From a virus (lineage: Duplodnaviria > Caudoviricetes): a stretch of DNA of 64,000 nucleotides. Numbering within the stretch: position 1 is the stretch's first letter; each line of letters begins with the position of its first letter. The position numbers and the translations under genes are program-made. Below are positions 38,446 to 49,514 of the stretch, piece after piece. The notes below the pieces were generated by a model that worked only from the letters and a program-made list of their open reading frames with translations, was not told the DNA's origin and ran no database searches. The DNA is taken from IMG/VR virus record IMGVR_UViG_3300025640_001000. One strand, 5' to 3'.

Positions 38446-40302
38446 ATGGCAGAGTTAGCACAAAGTGAAGATACCTTAAAATATTACCTCGGTTGGTACG
38501 GTGAGTGCAGCGATGAATTGTTGTGTGCAAATTTCGATTTAACATTCGGAGCAAATCGTGACAAAATTTTTAAAGTTTATCAAATAAACAATATTGGTGA
38601 CAATTATGCTTATTTTGATGGAATGCTTACACCTGAGTTGGATCAACTACAAGGATTCACAGAACTTTTATGTGGTCATGCGTATTTGATTGTTTTAAAT
38701 GATGGTGACGGAGTGCTAGATATACCTGGATTTGTTCACACGAACAGTGAAGATTCAGAACTTCAACGATATTTAACTGCGAGTTGTGAAAATCAAGATT
38801 TACTTGCACAACAAGAATTGGTACAAGATAGAAAAGCACTTACCTATTATCTTGGTTGGTATGGTGGATGTGGTGATATATGTGAAAATTTTGATTTATC
38901 ACCGGTTCATGTTAGAAGCAAATTATTTCGTGTATTTCAAATAAACAAATTTAACGACAATTATACGATTTTTGAACCAACATATACTCAAAAGCAAGAT
39001 GCACTTGGTTTACAAGGTTTTACTCAACTTGAATGTAGTAAAATGTATTTGTTGGTGTTGGAAATGGGTGATGCAGTTTTAGAACTTGATAATTTCACTT
39101 ATACAAAAATTGATTCAGACGATTCTGGACGAATAATCAATGAATGCCTCACAGGTCCCCGTGGATTGAATCCTGGAATACCAAGAGTTGAATTGTTACC
39201 CGAAAGCATAGATATATTCAACGATAAATGGTACGATACAATTGAAGAACCAAAAGCAGATGCAGATTTGTTTAATGTTAATCTTAACTCTGATGGACAA
39301 GTCGTAGAAGACAATTCAATTTATTGTGGAAAATCTATTGTATTTGACGGAGTGATGGGTGCGTATGCTAATCTTGGTACATACAAAGAAAAATTACAAC
39401 TTATGACAATGTGTGTTGAATTTACGATTGATAGCAATGTTGGTAATCGTGAAATCGGAGAAGCAAGTAAAAACTCACAATATATTGTATTTCAGCAAAA
39501 CGAACGAAAAGATGAAAAAAATAGTGGTTTTTATGTTAAATATTTAGAAGATGAAGACACAGAAACTCAGGGACGATTAGAAGTTGGTGTAGTTAAAAAC
39601 AACGGAACTCGGTATTATTTAAAGTCGAATCCATTTTCAATAGTTGCTGACAAACGGTACATGGTATTTTTTGTGATATCAAAAACGATGATTTATTTGT
39701 ATGTTGAAGGTAATCTTGTTGGTACGATGAATAAAACTCCGGGAATCGATTACCACGAAACTCATACAATTCATCTTGGAAGAAAAAGACCAATTGGAAC
39801 AATTCAGGATGCGTATTTTAAAGGAAGAATACATAGATTTGTAATTTGGGCAGAATCACTTGGTACAGACTTTATATATAATTATTATTTACAAAATCGT
39901 TGTAAACCACCGATTGGAGTTGTATATAAATCATGTGAGTATATTTGGAATCCTCCTGCAATACCTGACTTTACAATATCCGCACCAACCACACGAACAT
40001 CTAGAATAGGTGTTGTATACCAAGTATGTTCAACTGGAGGTTCTGATGATTCAATTCAGTTGCCGGCATTACATACACTTGTGGTTCGTCCAAAAGTTCC
40101 ATATCCAAAAGTAATTGGTGTTAAGTATACACCTGGTAATTGCCCATCAGATACCAATTTTTCAAACTACTTTGAAAATTTGGAAAATCAACAAAAATGG
40201 ACCAAACCAAATTCCACAACCGGGGTGATCAATCACGATCCAATGCAATTGCCATCCGACCAAAATACTCCTATACCTGATGATGGTTGGGGAGACAAAT
40301 AA
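38446..40302 (+). CDS. Protein with two tandem GWYG domains and a LamG-like domain
   Basis: YYLGWYG..C..F.L...QIN..DNY..QGFT.L.C..YL.VL occurs twice; LYVEG..IHLGR..FKGRIHRFVIW. Confidence 0.7.
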   Translation: MAELAQSEDTLKYYLGWYGECSDELLCANFDLTFGANRDKIFKVYQINNIGDNYAYFDGMLTPELDQLQGFTELLCGHAYLIVLNDGDGVLDIPGFVHTNSEDSELQRYLTASCENQDLLAQQELVQDRKALTYYLGWYGGCGDICENFDLSPVHVRSKLFRVFQINKFNDNYTIFEPTYTQKQDALGLQGFTQLECSKMYLLVLEMGDAVLELDNFTYTKIDSDDSGRIINECLTGPRGLNPGIPRVELLPESIDIFNDKWYDTIEEPKADADLFNVNLNSDGQVVEDNSIYCGKSIVFDGVMGAYANLGTYKEKLQLMTMCVEFTIDSNVGNREIGEASKNSQYIVFQQNERKDEKNSGFYVKYLEDEDTETQGRLEVGVVKNNGTRYYLKSNPFSIVADKRYMVFFVISKTMIYLYVEGNLVGTMNKTPGIDYHETHTIHLGRKRPIGTIQDAYFKGRIHRFVIWAESLGTDFIYNYYLQNRCKPPIGVVYKSCEYIWNPPAIPDFTISAPTTRTSRIGVVYQVCSTGGSDDSIQLPALHTLVVRPKVPYPKVIGVKYTPGNCPSDTNFSNYFENLENQQKWTKPNSTTGVINHDPMQLPSDQNTPIPDDGWGDK

Positions 40303-40362
40303 AATAATTTGTAACTGAAATAAAAGAAAAGATAATATTTATATATACAGGAAATATCTGCT

Positions 40363-43300
40363 ATGAAAAACGACAACAATTCAAACAACGACAATGTAAC
40401 TGCATTTGATAACCAAGACAATCCAATTGTGATTTTAGTTGGTGCTGGAAACATGAATACAGCACCTTACTATCCATTTACCTTTGAAGAGGGGGGTGAG
40501 GTTGTCACACAACTTGTTGCAGGTACTTCGTACAAATTTAAAGCTGGTGAAGAATACACCGGTCACCCACTTAATATAGGAACAGGTGGTAGTACGGCAG
40601 AACCACTTGAGGGACTTCAACCTTTTCGTGATGGTGAAGATCCATCACCTGCGGGAATCATGCCATTAAATCCAAATAGTTACTTTAACATCACAGTACC
40701 TGAATCTGCCGAATCTTTAAATTATCAATGTAGTAGTCATATGTCAATGTTCGGTACTTTAACTGTTGTTGAACCTTCAGCAGAAGATACAACTGACGAT
40801 TCATCAACTGAAGAAACTACTGATACTGGTTCAACTGCACCGGGTGCAGTAACAATGTCATTACCAGACGAAATTGTAGTTGATAAAGATAATCCAAATG
40901 CTGGTGACTTTATTTACGTAAGTGGTCGTTGTTATGAAAAAACGAACACCTCGGGGGAAGAACATGAAGTAACACACGATCAAGTATTTGGAGGAATGTT
41001 AGATACCAAATCTGTTACTGTTGTATCACCCAAAGACTCACCCACGGTTACCTCTATATCCAGATATGATGTAATACAAAAGCAATTTACCGGTTGTGAC
41101 GATTGTGGTTCTTATGGTACCAGATATCGTGGTCAATCAAAAGAAACAGGAAAAGATTTTAAAATCAAGGTCATTAAGGAAATTGATTCTGATAACGGAA
41201 GTGTATATAGATACAAATTAAACGGAGAAGATAGAAATGGTTTCTTTAATCTTGTGACCAACCGAGATTTATTATTTTATGATAATGATTCGGTGACATT
41301 TGATATCGGATCGTTGAGTAGTGCTGATAAATCAAACTTTAATGTGACTGCTCAGAACGCTGCCGATGGTGAAAACAAACGGATTGTGGGAAACACACGC
41401 AGTGACCCTGGGTTATATTCAAAATTAAGAAATACAACATCTTCTATTAACGTCGGAGAGTATGCATACAACGAGAATGGCAACTCAGACGATATGGGTG
41501 GAACTATTTTAGTTAAAAAAAATCCATACGAAGACAACATATATTACGATGAAGCAAAACTCAAACAATTTCCTGATAGATTGCTTGCAACTAAAAGTCA
41601 CTCGTTACTTATTAAAAATGATGGTCGTGTTTACGGAACTGGATACAATTCCAGTTTTCAGCTGGGAATTGATCGTGATAGATCAAATTCGTCTCGTCGA
41701 GATACCCTGACGAATTGGACACCAACCTTAATCAATGAAATTGGCCCCATAAAAAAGATTTCAGGATGTGGCAATCATCATTGTTATATTACATACGATA
41801 ATAAATTGTATTTATCTGGACAAAACGATAGAGGTCAACTTGGTCGTGGTGACACCGCACACTCACCAAAACCCCAAATGGCAGAAATCAATCACGCAAC
41901 TGCTTCCGAGGAAGGTAGTGAAACACTTTATTTAAGTGAAGATATTCACACACGAATCATTGATGCAGATGCAGGTATGTATCATACCGTTGCATTGGAT
42001 GTAAATCAACGAATTTGGGTATGGGGAACAAGTGGTACAGCTGGTAATATGCTACTTAGTTTCAACAATAGAACAGGTAGTACCTCCGGATGGAGATATC
42101 AAGAAAGTCCATATAATACTTATGACCCGAGTGGTGCTGGTGGATTTAATACTGGAGGTCATGCTTACATTCAGACACGATCTATTTTGGCATATTGGGG
42201 AGAAACTTCTACAACAAATTCAAATCCTGCGAAGATAACAAATCCAGACCAATTCGATTCATCGACACACATACGACAAGTTGCGTGTGGGTTGTACACA
42301 ACATTTATACTAAATAGTGCCGGAAAGGTTTATAGTTGTGGATACAATGCCAATGGAGAACTCGGTCAAAGTTCTATCGATGGCAGAGAAAATGCAGATG
42401 CCGGTTATGCCCAAAACCCACATAGATCACTCGGAGCGGTATCTAGCACAGGAGGTAACGGAGAGGATACCGAACTGATTCATGTAAAAAAAGTAATAAC
42501 AGGTGATCGTCACACTTTACTATTAACATACGATGAGAAATTATATGGATTTGGAAAAAACACAAATGGATGTTTGGGTAAAGATCCTACTGATGATGCT
42601 TACGAATCAAAACCAATATTGTTATCAGGAGAAGATAAAGTTTATGCAGCTTCTGCTGGTGCCAATTCCACAGCATATATTACATATGAAGGAAAAGTTA
42701 AAGTTGCAGGAAGCAACATAAACGGAAAACTTGGAATAGATAGATTCATCGAAGCACCTGTACCACAAGTGCGAGCATCGACTGAGGAAATAACTTCATT
42801 CACAGAATCACCCAACTTAACGGGTGTAATTGAAATTAAAATGGGTGATCAATATACTCTTGGGTTAATGACCGATGGCCAGATAATCGCATTGGGTGAT
42901 AATCAATATGGTTCTCTTGGAACTCGGGGTAGTATTGATGGAAATTCTGATACGTATTCAAGGTATGACGATGCAGATGCAGGAGTCAATTCCAACAATT
43001 TGCAAAATTTTGGAAGAACCATTGATTTTAAAAACACAGACAAAACATTGATATGTATGCCGAATACCACATTAATTTGGCAAAAAGAAGCCACTACTCA
43101 GAAAGTACAAGCTGCCGGCCGCAGTGCTGAATATCAAGGGGGCTACTATAATGATGTTGCAACGGCTATTGCAGCTGAAAAAGATTTAACCCTAATTAAT
43201 AATACATTGTCAGGTACGGTTACTGAAGACAATGCGACTATTACAAAAATTGTAGCAACACACTCTAATACCGTAAAAATGATAAATAGCAAAGGTGAAT

Positions 43301-44517
43301 TGTGGAGTTATGGGGCAGGAGATCGATATCAACACGGCAACAACAGTGCAAGTAACTCAGCAACTCCTGTTCAACCTATTGCTAATGATGCTCCACTGGA
43401 AAACATTGTAAATGTTGCGGGTGGCCACTATTTTACTCTTGCCTTGGATACAAACAATAGATTGTGGGGATACGGAACTTCCGGAACATACGGTTCATTC
43501 GCAAGAACCTACAACAATAGAACAGGTAGTACCTCCGGATGGAGATATCAAGCAAGTCCATATAATACTTATGACCCGAGTGGTGCTGGTGGATTTAATT
43601 CTGGAGGTCATGCTTACACACAAAACACTGCACAACTATTAAATGACGGTGGACTTCGGGTTATTCCTGATTATGTTGGAAGAATTGTTGATATACAATG
43701 TGGGGGATATACAACATACATTTTAAACGAAGATGGAGAGTTGTTTAGTTGTGGATACAATGGCAATGGAGAACTTGGTCAACGTCACCTCCGTGGAAGA
43801 GAAGATGCGGATGCGGGTGTTACTGCTGGTAATTTACATAGTAGTTTTGGTCAAGTTTATCCGTATACATCAGTTCTTGATGCTCGTGTTAAAAAAATAA
43901 TTCCTGGTGGAAGTCATTGCTTGGTCATAATGGAAGATAATAAATTATATGGATGGGGAGCAAATAATCATTATCAACTTGGATTGTCCGAAGGAAATAC
44001 TGAGGGTCGTATTTTTAAAGATAAGCATCATACTCCTGTATTAATTGCAGACGATGTAGAAGATGCGTTCGCAGGAACATCCAATTCAGCATACAAGAAA
44101 TTAGACGGAAGTGTTTATGCAATGGGTTACAACATTGATGGTCAGATTGCTGGTTGGGGTGATGGTAGAACACTTGGTCTTGATAGACACGATGATATAT
44201 TCGGACTGAAAGACGAAACATCTCATGCTAAAACACCAATTTCTTGGTTTGAATCAAGTGATAGAATATTGGAAATTGCATTCGGAAATCACCACTCGGT
44301 GATAAAACGTGCCAAGGTGAATAGTGCCGAGAAAACTCAGATTGAGTGGTATTCTGCAGGAAGCAATCAATTTGGTCAACGTGCAATTGGACGTGATCCT
44401 GCAGGTGAAAACGGAAAGTGGACGGCAGACGATCACCAAGTATTGGATGTTACTAATATACCAGATTATGTCGGTTCGGATAAATGGGTGAAAATTCAAT
44501 CCATCACATTGGATTAA
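40363..44517 (+). CDS. Cupredoxin-like + double RCC1 repeat protein
   Basis: GHPL...YQCSSHMSM; many GxNxxGQ/ELG repeats; internal 107-bp duplication. Confidence 0.75.
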   Translation: MKNDNNSNNDNVTAFDNQDNPIVILVGAGNMNTAPYYPFTFEEGGEVVTQLVAGTSYKFKAGEEYTGHPLNIGTGGSTAEPLEGLQPFRDGEDPSPAGIMPLNPNSYFNITVPESAESLNYQCSSHMSMFGTLTVVEPSAEDTTDDSSTEETTDTGSTAPGAVTMSLPDEIVVDKDNPNAGDFIYVSGRCYEKTNTSGEEHEVTHDQVFGGMLDTKSVTVVSPKDSPTVTSISRYDVIQKQFTGCDDCGSYGTRYRGQSKETGKDFKIKVIKEIDSDNGSVYRYKLNGEDRNGFFNLVTNRDLLFYDNDSVTFDIGSLSSADKSNFNVTAQNAADGENKRIVGNTRSDPGLYSKLRNTTSSINVGEYAYNENGNSDDMGGTILVKKNPYEDNIYYDEAKLKQFPDRLLATKSHSLLIKNDGRVYGTGYNSSFQLGIDRDRSNSSRRDTLTNWTPTLINEIGPIKKISGCGNHHCYITYDNKLYLSGQNDRGQLGRGDTAHSPKPQMAEINHATASEEGSETLYLSEDIHTRIIDADAGMYHTVALDVNQRIWVWGTSGTAGNMLLSFNNRTGSTSGWRYQESPYNTYDPSGAGGFNTGGHAYIQTRSILAYWGETSTTNSNPAKITNPDQFDSSTHIRQVACGLYTTFILNSAGKVYSCGYNANGELGQSSIDGRENADAGYAQNPHRSLGAVSSTGGNGEDTELIHVKKVITGDRHTLLLTYDEKLYGFGKNTNGCLGKDPTDDAYESKPILLSGEDKVYAASAGANSTAYITYEGKVKVAGSNINGKLGIDRFIEAPVPQVRASTEEITSFTESPNLTGVIEIKMGDQYTLGLMTDGQIIALGDNQYGSLGTRGSIDGNSDTYSRYDDADAGVNSNNLQNFGRTIDFKNTDKTLICMPNTTLIWQKEATTQKVQAAGRSAEYQGGYYNDVATAIAAEKDLTLINNTLSGTVTEDNATITKIVATHSNTVKMINSKGELWSYGAGDRYQHGNNSASNSATPVQPIANDAPLENIVNVAGGHYFTLALDTNNRLWGYGTSGTYGSFARTYNNRTGSTSGWRYQASPYNTYDPSGAGGFNSGGHAYTQNTAQLLNDGGLRVIPDYVGRIVDIQCGGYTTYILNEDGELFSCGYNGNGELGQRHLRGREDADAGVTAGNLHSSFGQVYPYTSVLDARVKKIIPGGSHCLVIMEDNKLYGWGANNHYQLGLSEGNTEGRIFKDKHHTPVLIADDVEDAFAGTSNSAYKKLDGSVYAMGYNIDGQIAGWGDGRTLGLDRHDDIFGLKDETSHAKTPISWFESSDRILEIAFGNHHSVIKRAKVNSAEKTQIEWYSAGSNQFGQRAIGRDPAGENGKWTADDHQVLDVTNIPDYVGSDKWVKIQSITLD
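42063..43618 (+). repeat. 107-bp near-identical intragenic direct repeat (42063-42169 and 43512-43618)
   Basis: Only two mismatches seen (GAA/GCA, ACT/TCT). Confidence 0.9.
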
Positions 44518-44519
44518 TT

Positions 44520-47513
44520 ATGACAGATTGTTTTCCAGCATCCTTCACAGAATTTAACTCAGACAACTTGTCTGCGTCAGGTGTAAGTGTATCTATTTTT
44601 CAGGCAGGTTTAAAACTTGCGTTGAATTCGGATTTGTTTACAACTGAAGGTAAACTTCCGATTGAAGGTAAGATATTTTTTAATTCGTTTAAACTTGCAA
44701 CTATTGCCTGCAAACCATTTGCAACAACGAATGATAAAATTCAAGATATATCCAAGTGGGTTGAAATTGCCGATAGAAAAATTTACTGCATGATAAATGG
44801 AAACTGCTATGAAGGAACAATCACCGATCCAGACGGATCACAATACTCAGGATCATCATTTCAGGTAAATTTAACACAGGTGGGTGAAACGGTTGTTTGT
44901 ACAGAAGATGCTAAAGAATGTCCTGATGGAAGTTTTGTATCAAGAGATCCTAATAATAATTGCGAGTTTCCTGAGTGTCCGTTGGTATCAGAACCATCTA
45001 CAACACCCACTCCTACTCCCACACCAACTCCACAAGTAACAATTCCAGATTCATCAACCAAGTTTACGGACATAAAAAATTGTATTGATAAAAAACCACA
45101 ATATCATTCATTGTTTAATTTGCAAGAAAATACTATGGATGACGGAGAGTTTGTGTGTACAGATGAATTGGATGGTCAAATTTCATTTTCAGTTCGTTCT
45201 GGTATGCCATTAACATTTCAATTATACTATAATAAATTACAATCAGGTGCATTTTCTTCGGCAGAGGATGTTCCTTTGGGTCGCATTGGTTCTCTTGTAT
45301 TTTTTGAAAAAGATGTTTCTGATTTATCACCTTCTAATTTTTCTGACCGAAAAGTTTGTTCGTTTTCAAAATACATTTATGGTGATGACGAATTGTTGAT
45401 TCAAATTGACTCAGCAACTGCAAGTAAGTTTGAAGTTAAAGAAGGATGTTATATTGCCGAATTTGGAAACTCAGATGATGTAAGTGTGAGTGAATGGGCA
45501 ACAGAAACTTTATTAGACGGTGATCTTACTATAACGGTGCTTAAAGAGTATAACGTTGCAACACCAACTCCTACACCTACACTTACACCAACTCCAACTG
45601 GAACTCTCACACCCACACCTACACCGACTCCCACACCAACTCCTACTGCACAATCATACAAAATATTTCCACTTCAACAAAAACCAGAGTCGTTGACATA
45701 TTACATGGGTTGGTATGGAATATGTGGATATGATTGCAAACCATACTCGTTGGTTGACGATCCACAAATAAGAAACAAGATTTTCAGAGTTTTGCAAATA
45801 AATAAACTCAACGACAATTATTCAATTTTTAATGCCGAATATGAACCTGCAATTGATGCATTTCAAGATTTTCTTGAATTGGAATGTCAACGACCTTACT
45901 TGATTGTATTAAGACCAGGTACCGATTCTATTCATATACCTGGATTTGTAGAAGCATCTGCAATTTCAGAAAATGCAGGTTTATTGACATTGTGGTGTGG
46001 ACCTATTACATATACCGCAGGTACACCAACTCCGACACCAACTCCGACACCAACTCCGTCACCTACGGGTACACCAACCGATACAACACCACCAACTCCA
46101 ACTCCATCACCATCACCAACTGTATCACCAACTGCAACATTGACCCCGACTCCAACTGTATCACCAACTGCAACATTGACCCCGACTGCAACCGAAACAC
46201 CTACTGCTACACCAACTTCAATGGTTGATCATTGTATCAAAAAAGATTGCGAAATATCGGTAGTAGATAGCAAGTATAATTTTGGAGATATGGGTTATGT
46301 AATGCCATATAAATTGAATGTGGGTATATACAAATTAACCGGAGTTCCAACCAATCATCCTATATTTCTAAAAGACCACGATGAATCAAAAATAAAGTTG
46401 GAAGGTGACGAAGCAAACAAAGTTACTGACTCAGGAAAAACAGGATACACGGGAGATGTTACATTGACTGTTTACTCTGACTTTGGTGTGGTGAGTTATG
46501 CGTGTGTATATCACGGATATATGGGTGGAGAAAACAATTTACAATTTAGTAATTCATGTGGTGTGGGTTACGATGGTTTACCGGAAACGAACGATTCAAC
46601 CGAAGGTGAAACTGAAGAACCACCTGCCGAAGAACCACCTGAAGGTGAAACTGAAGAACCACCTGTTGAAGAACCACCTGTTGAAGAACCAACTGAAGGT
46701 GAAACTGAAGAACCAATTTTAGAACTTGAATTTAGGTGGTATGAAATAAACGGAAAAGAGATACTGCAAGTTAAAAATCTTTTGCAACCGACACACGAAG
46801 TGGACGGAGAAAAAGCATTTGGTAACAGAGATATGTCGTATTGGTCAACGTTGTATGGTGTAGCACCAACTTCAATGGAATCAAGTTATACACTTGCCCA
46901 CCAAGCATGGCCAGATGCAGCTGTAAGTGAGAGTCATTCTGATGCAGAAATCTCATTTGATGGATTAACAATTAAATTAGATGGTTCTCAATCGTCTAAC
47001 GATGGTTATTTACAACTTTATGTCAATTTAGCAGAATCAAAACATATATTTCTTGGTGCAAGTGATGCGGTAAATTTATCTGGAGATGTTCCAATGTTTA
47101 TTTATTCAGGTGACAACTCGGATTCAGAAAATAGCGCACTCGGTAAAACCAATATGTGGCCAGTTGTTGTAAAAGGTGCTGATTCAGAATCTACAATGGA
47201 CTTTGAATCAATGTCCAACGAATATCAACAACTTCCACAGGCCGACCGGAATGATCATTCTGAGGCAAAGGGTGAAGTGGTTTATGAAAATTTAGAAGGT
47301 GGGTTTTATGGAATCGTAGTTTATGATGCGAGTGGAAATCCACTTGCAAAATATCTACCAATTAATCTTCAGGATAAACTAAAAGAAGACGTAGGTAATA
47401 CCATAAAATTGCAAAGTTTTTATTCAGAGAAAGATGCAATGAGTATCTTCATGTGGGGTACACTTGTGTATGTGGAAGCATATACAATTGAAGCAGATCA
47501 AATTGCATTTTAA
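44520..47513 (+). CDS. Mosaic protein with central GWYG domain, long PT linkers, CTxDAKxCPDG module, cupredoxin-like domain and E/P-rich repeats
   Basis: [10 protein letters not shown]; [28 protein letters not shown]; [15 protein letters not shown]; (EEPP)n. Confidence 0.7.
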   Translation: MTDCFPASFTEFNSDNLSASGVSVSIFQAGLKLALNSDLFTTEGKLPIEGKIFFNSFKLATIACKPFATTNDKIQDISKWVEIADRKIYCMINGNCYEGTITDPDGSQYSGSSFQVNLTQVGETVVCTEDAKECPDGSFVSRDPNNNCEFPECPLVSEPSTTPTPTPTPTPQVTIPDSSTKFTDIKNCIDKKPQYHSLFNLQENTMDDGEFVCTDELDGQISFSVRSGMPLTFQLYYNKLQSGAFSSAEDVPLGRIGSLVFFEKDVSDLSPSNFSDRKVCSFSKYIYGDDELLIQIDSATASKFEVKEGCYIAEFGNSDDVSVSEWATETLLDGDLTITVLKEYNVATPTPTPTLTPTPTGTLTPTPTPTPTPTPTAQSYKIFPLQQKPESLTYYMGWYGICGYDCKPYSLVDDPQIRNKIFRVLQINKLNDNYSIFNAEYEPAIDAFQDFLELECQRPYLIVLRPGTDSIHIPGFVEASAISENAGLLTLWCGPITYTAGTPTPTPTPTPTPSPTGTPTDTTPPTPTPSPSPTVSPTATLTPTPTVSPTATLTPTATETPTATPTSMVDHCIKKDCEISVVDSKYNFGDMGYVMPYKLNVGIYKLTGVPTNHPIFLKDHDESKIKLEGDEANKVTDSGKTGYTGDVTLTVYSDFGVVSYACVYHGYMGGENNLQFSNSCGVGYDGLPETNDSTEGETEEPPAEEPPEGETEEPPVEEPPVEEPTEGETEEPILELEFRWYEINGKEILQVKNLLQPTHEVDGEKAFGNRDMSYWSTLYGVAPTSMESSYTLAHQAWPDAAVSESHSDAEISFDGLTIKLDGSQSSNDGYLQLYVNLAESKHIFLGASDAVNLSGDVPMFIYSGDNSDSENSALGKTNMWPVVVKGADSESTMDFESMSNEYQQLPQADRNDHSEAKGEVVYENLEGGFYGIVVYDASGNPLAKYLPINLQDKLKEDVGNTIKLQSFYSEKDAMSIFMWGTLVYVEAYTIEADQIAF

Positions 47514-47535
47514 ATTCAACAATTGTTGTTTGTCT

Positions 47536-47600
47536 AGTTATTATAAAAACTCCTTCCGTTGACTATTTATAATCAGAAATGATTATTAAATGGGGGGTGT
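47536..47600 (+). promoter_or_regulatory. Palindrome copy 3 (one mismatch), TATTTATA motif and possible anti-RBS hairpin
   Basis: AGTTATTATAAAAACTC, 11 nt, then TATTTATA; ACTCCTTCCGTT can pair (with G:U) with AATGGGGGGTGT just before ATG 47604. Confidence 0.5.
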
Positions 47601-47603
47601 TAA

Positions 47604-48239
47604 ATGAAGCAAATAAGTTGGCAATATAAACTTAGAAACTTTACATCGGTTGATGTAGGTGTATTTGAAAATTACTTTGAAGAATTACCGTATGATCCGT
47701 ATGTTAAAGGCAATTTTAGAAAACGAAGATTTTCTTCTATCAAAAAAGATCATTACGGAAAATTTGAGATTCTTCCACATAAAACTTTCACTCAGTCAGC
47801 AGATGTAAATGATTTGCTTGGTGATGTTGTTAGAGAATATGAAGAAATTGAAGAGAACCTTATTTTATCAGATGACTTTTCTAAAATTGTAGAAGGATTC
47901 GCTGCTCTTGCAGGAGTTAATCCTTATATCCAAGAAATCGGAATTCATCAAATGCGTATTTTGTGTTCAGAATATATCAAAGGAGAACCTGCACCTGAAG
48001 GACGACATCAAGATGGATTTGATGTTATTGGTATTTTTTGTGCGAGACGAATCAAGGTTGATGGTGGTGTTAGTGAATTGTTTCTTGGTAAAGAGGACGA
48101 AGATGCAATTTTAGAAAAAATGCTCGAAGAAAATGAACTACTTGTGGTAAATGATCGTGAGGTATTTCACAACGCAACAAAATTGAGTCCAGTTGATATG
48201 GAACTTGGATACAGAGATGTATTCGTTTTTACTGCATGA
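47604..48239 (+). CDS. 2OG-Fe(II) dioxygenase, BsmA/IDO-like family
   Basis: DPY..RKRRFS, HQMRI, PAPEGRHQDG (HxD), FHNAT, GYRDVFV. Confidence 0.8.
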   Translation: MKQISWQYKLRNFTSVDVGVFENYFEELPYDPYVKGNFRKRRFSSIKKDHYGKFEILPHKTFTQSADVNDLLGDVVREYEEIEENLILSDDFSKIVEGFAALAGVNPYIQEIGIHQMRILCSEYIKGEPAPEGRHQDGFDVIGIFCARRIKVDGGVSELFLGKEDEDAILEKMLEENELLVVNDREVFHNATKLSPVDMELGYRDVFVFTA

Positions 48240-49465
48240 AAGATGTAGGTCAAATAAGAAGTTCGTTTCCTGCGTTGAAACGAAAAGCACAAAACGGAAA
48301 ACCGGCAATTTACTTTGACGGACCTGGTGCTTCTCAAATGCCGAAACAAGTGCATCGTGCTTACACGGATCATGTTTTAAACAACAAAGCAAATGCAGGT
48401 GGATACTTTGAAACGAGTGTAAATACAAACGAAGCAGTTGAATGTGCAAGAGCATCTCTTGCATTGTTTATGAATTGCGATGACAATGAAATAGTAATGG
48501 GAGCAAATGCAACCACAAGTATATTTCAGTTTAGTCGTGCATTAAGCAGAAATTGGACATCTGAAGATGAAATTATAGTTACCAAGTTGGATCACTTTGC
48601 AAATGTATCTCCTTGGTTGGAAGTTGCCAAAGATAAAAATTGCAAAACAACTTCAATTGGTTTTGATGCAGATACAGGTGAATACAATTTAGCAGACTTT
48701 GAAAAAGCAATTACCAATAAAACAAAATTAGTCGCAGTTAATTATGCTTGCAATGCAATTGGTACGATTAATCCAATCAAAGAAATTACAAAGATTGCTC
48801 ATGCGAAAGGTGCAATGGTATTCGTTGATGCAGTTCATTATGCACCACATGGTTTAATTGATGTACAGAACCTCGATTGTGACTTTTTGGTAACAAGTGT
48901 GTATAAGTATTTTGGACCTCATATAAGTGCAGTATTCGCAAAGAAAAAGCATTTGCAGAACTTTTCTCCGTACAAGGTTGAACCTGCGATTGATAAAATA
49001 CCAAATTGTTGGGAAACCGGTACTCCAGACTTTTCTGCAATATCAGCAATTCCAAGTACAATCAAATACATCATTTCATTGTCAGGCAATTCAAGTCCGA
49101 CACGTAAAAATTTAGAACTTGCTTATCAGAATATCGTTGAATATGAAAATGAGTTGAGTAGATACTTTCTGCAAAAGGTCTCGGCGTTAACACACGTTAA
49201 ATTGTATGGACTATCTGATGTCAACGATGTAGCAAAACGAACTCCTACATTTGGATTAACAGTCAACGGAAAAACATCACACCAAGTTGCGGAGTATCTT
49301 GCCAAACATGGTATATTTTCTTGGAGTGGTCATTTTTATGCTTTGGATGTGGTTCGTGAATACAATCTAGAGAAAGATGGTTTGTTGAGAATTGGAATGC
49401 TTCATTACAATACAAAACGAGAAATAAAAGAATTGATTTCTATATTGAGTCTTATAAAAACATAA
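48236..49465 (+). CDS. Cysteine desulfurase-like class V PLP enzyme lacking the catalytic Cys
   Basis: YFDGPGASQ, LDHFANVSPW, VDAVHYAPH, SVYKYFGPH (PLP Lys), ETGT; SGHFYA where SufS has GHHCA. Confidence 0.85.
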   Translation: MKDVGQIRSSFPALKRKAQNGKPAIYFDGPGASQMPKQVHRAYTDHVLNNKANAGGYFETSVNTNEAVECARASLALFMNCDDNEIVMGANATTSIFQFSRALSRNWTSEDEIIVTKLDHFANVSPWLEVAKDKNCKTTSIGFDADTGEYNLADFEKAITNKTKLVAVNYACNAIGTINPIKEITKIAHAKGAMVFVDAVHYAPHGLIDVQNLDCDFLVTSVYKYFGPHISAVFAKKKHLQNFSPYKVEPAIDKIPNCWETGTPDFSAISAIPSTIKYIISLSGNSSPTRKNLELAYQNIVEYENELSRYFLQKVSALTHVKLYGLSDVNDVAKRTPTFGLTVNGKTSHQVAEYLAKHGIFSWSGHFYALDVVREYNLEKDGLLRIGMLHYNTKREIKELISILSLIKT

Positions 49466-49514
49466 GTAAATAATATTTATATTAATCAAACTTAAATAAG
49501 AGTAGGGGGATAAA

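Noticed and set aside
42063-43618. Diversity-generating retroelement TR/VR pair
   Set aside because: Only two mismatches, both copies are coding and internal, and no reverse transcriptase is in the window
48236-49465. sufS/iscS assignment
   Set aside because: The catalytic Cys motif is absent
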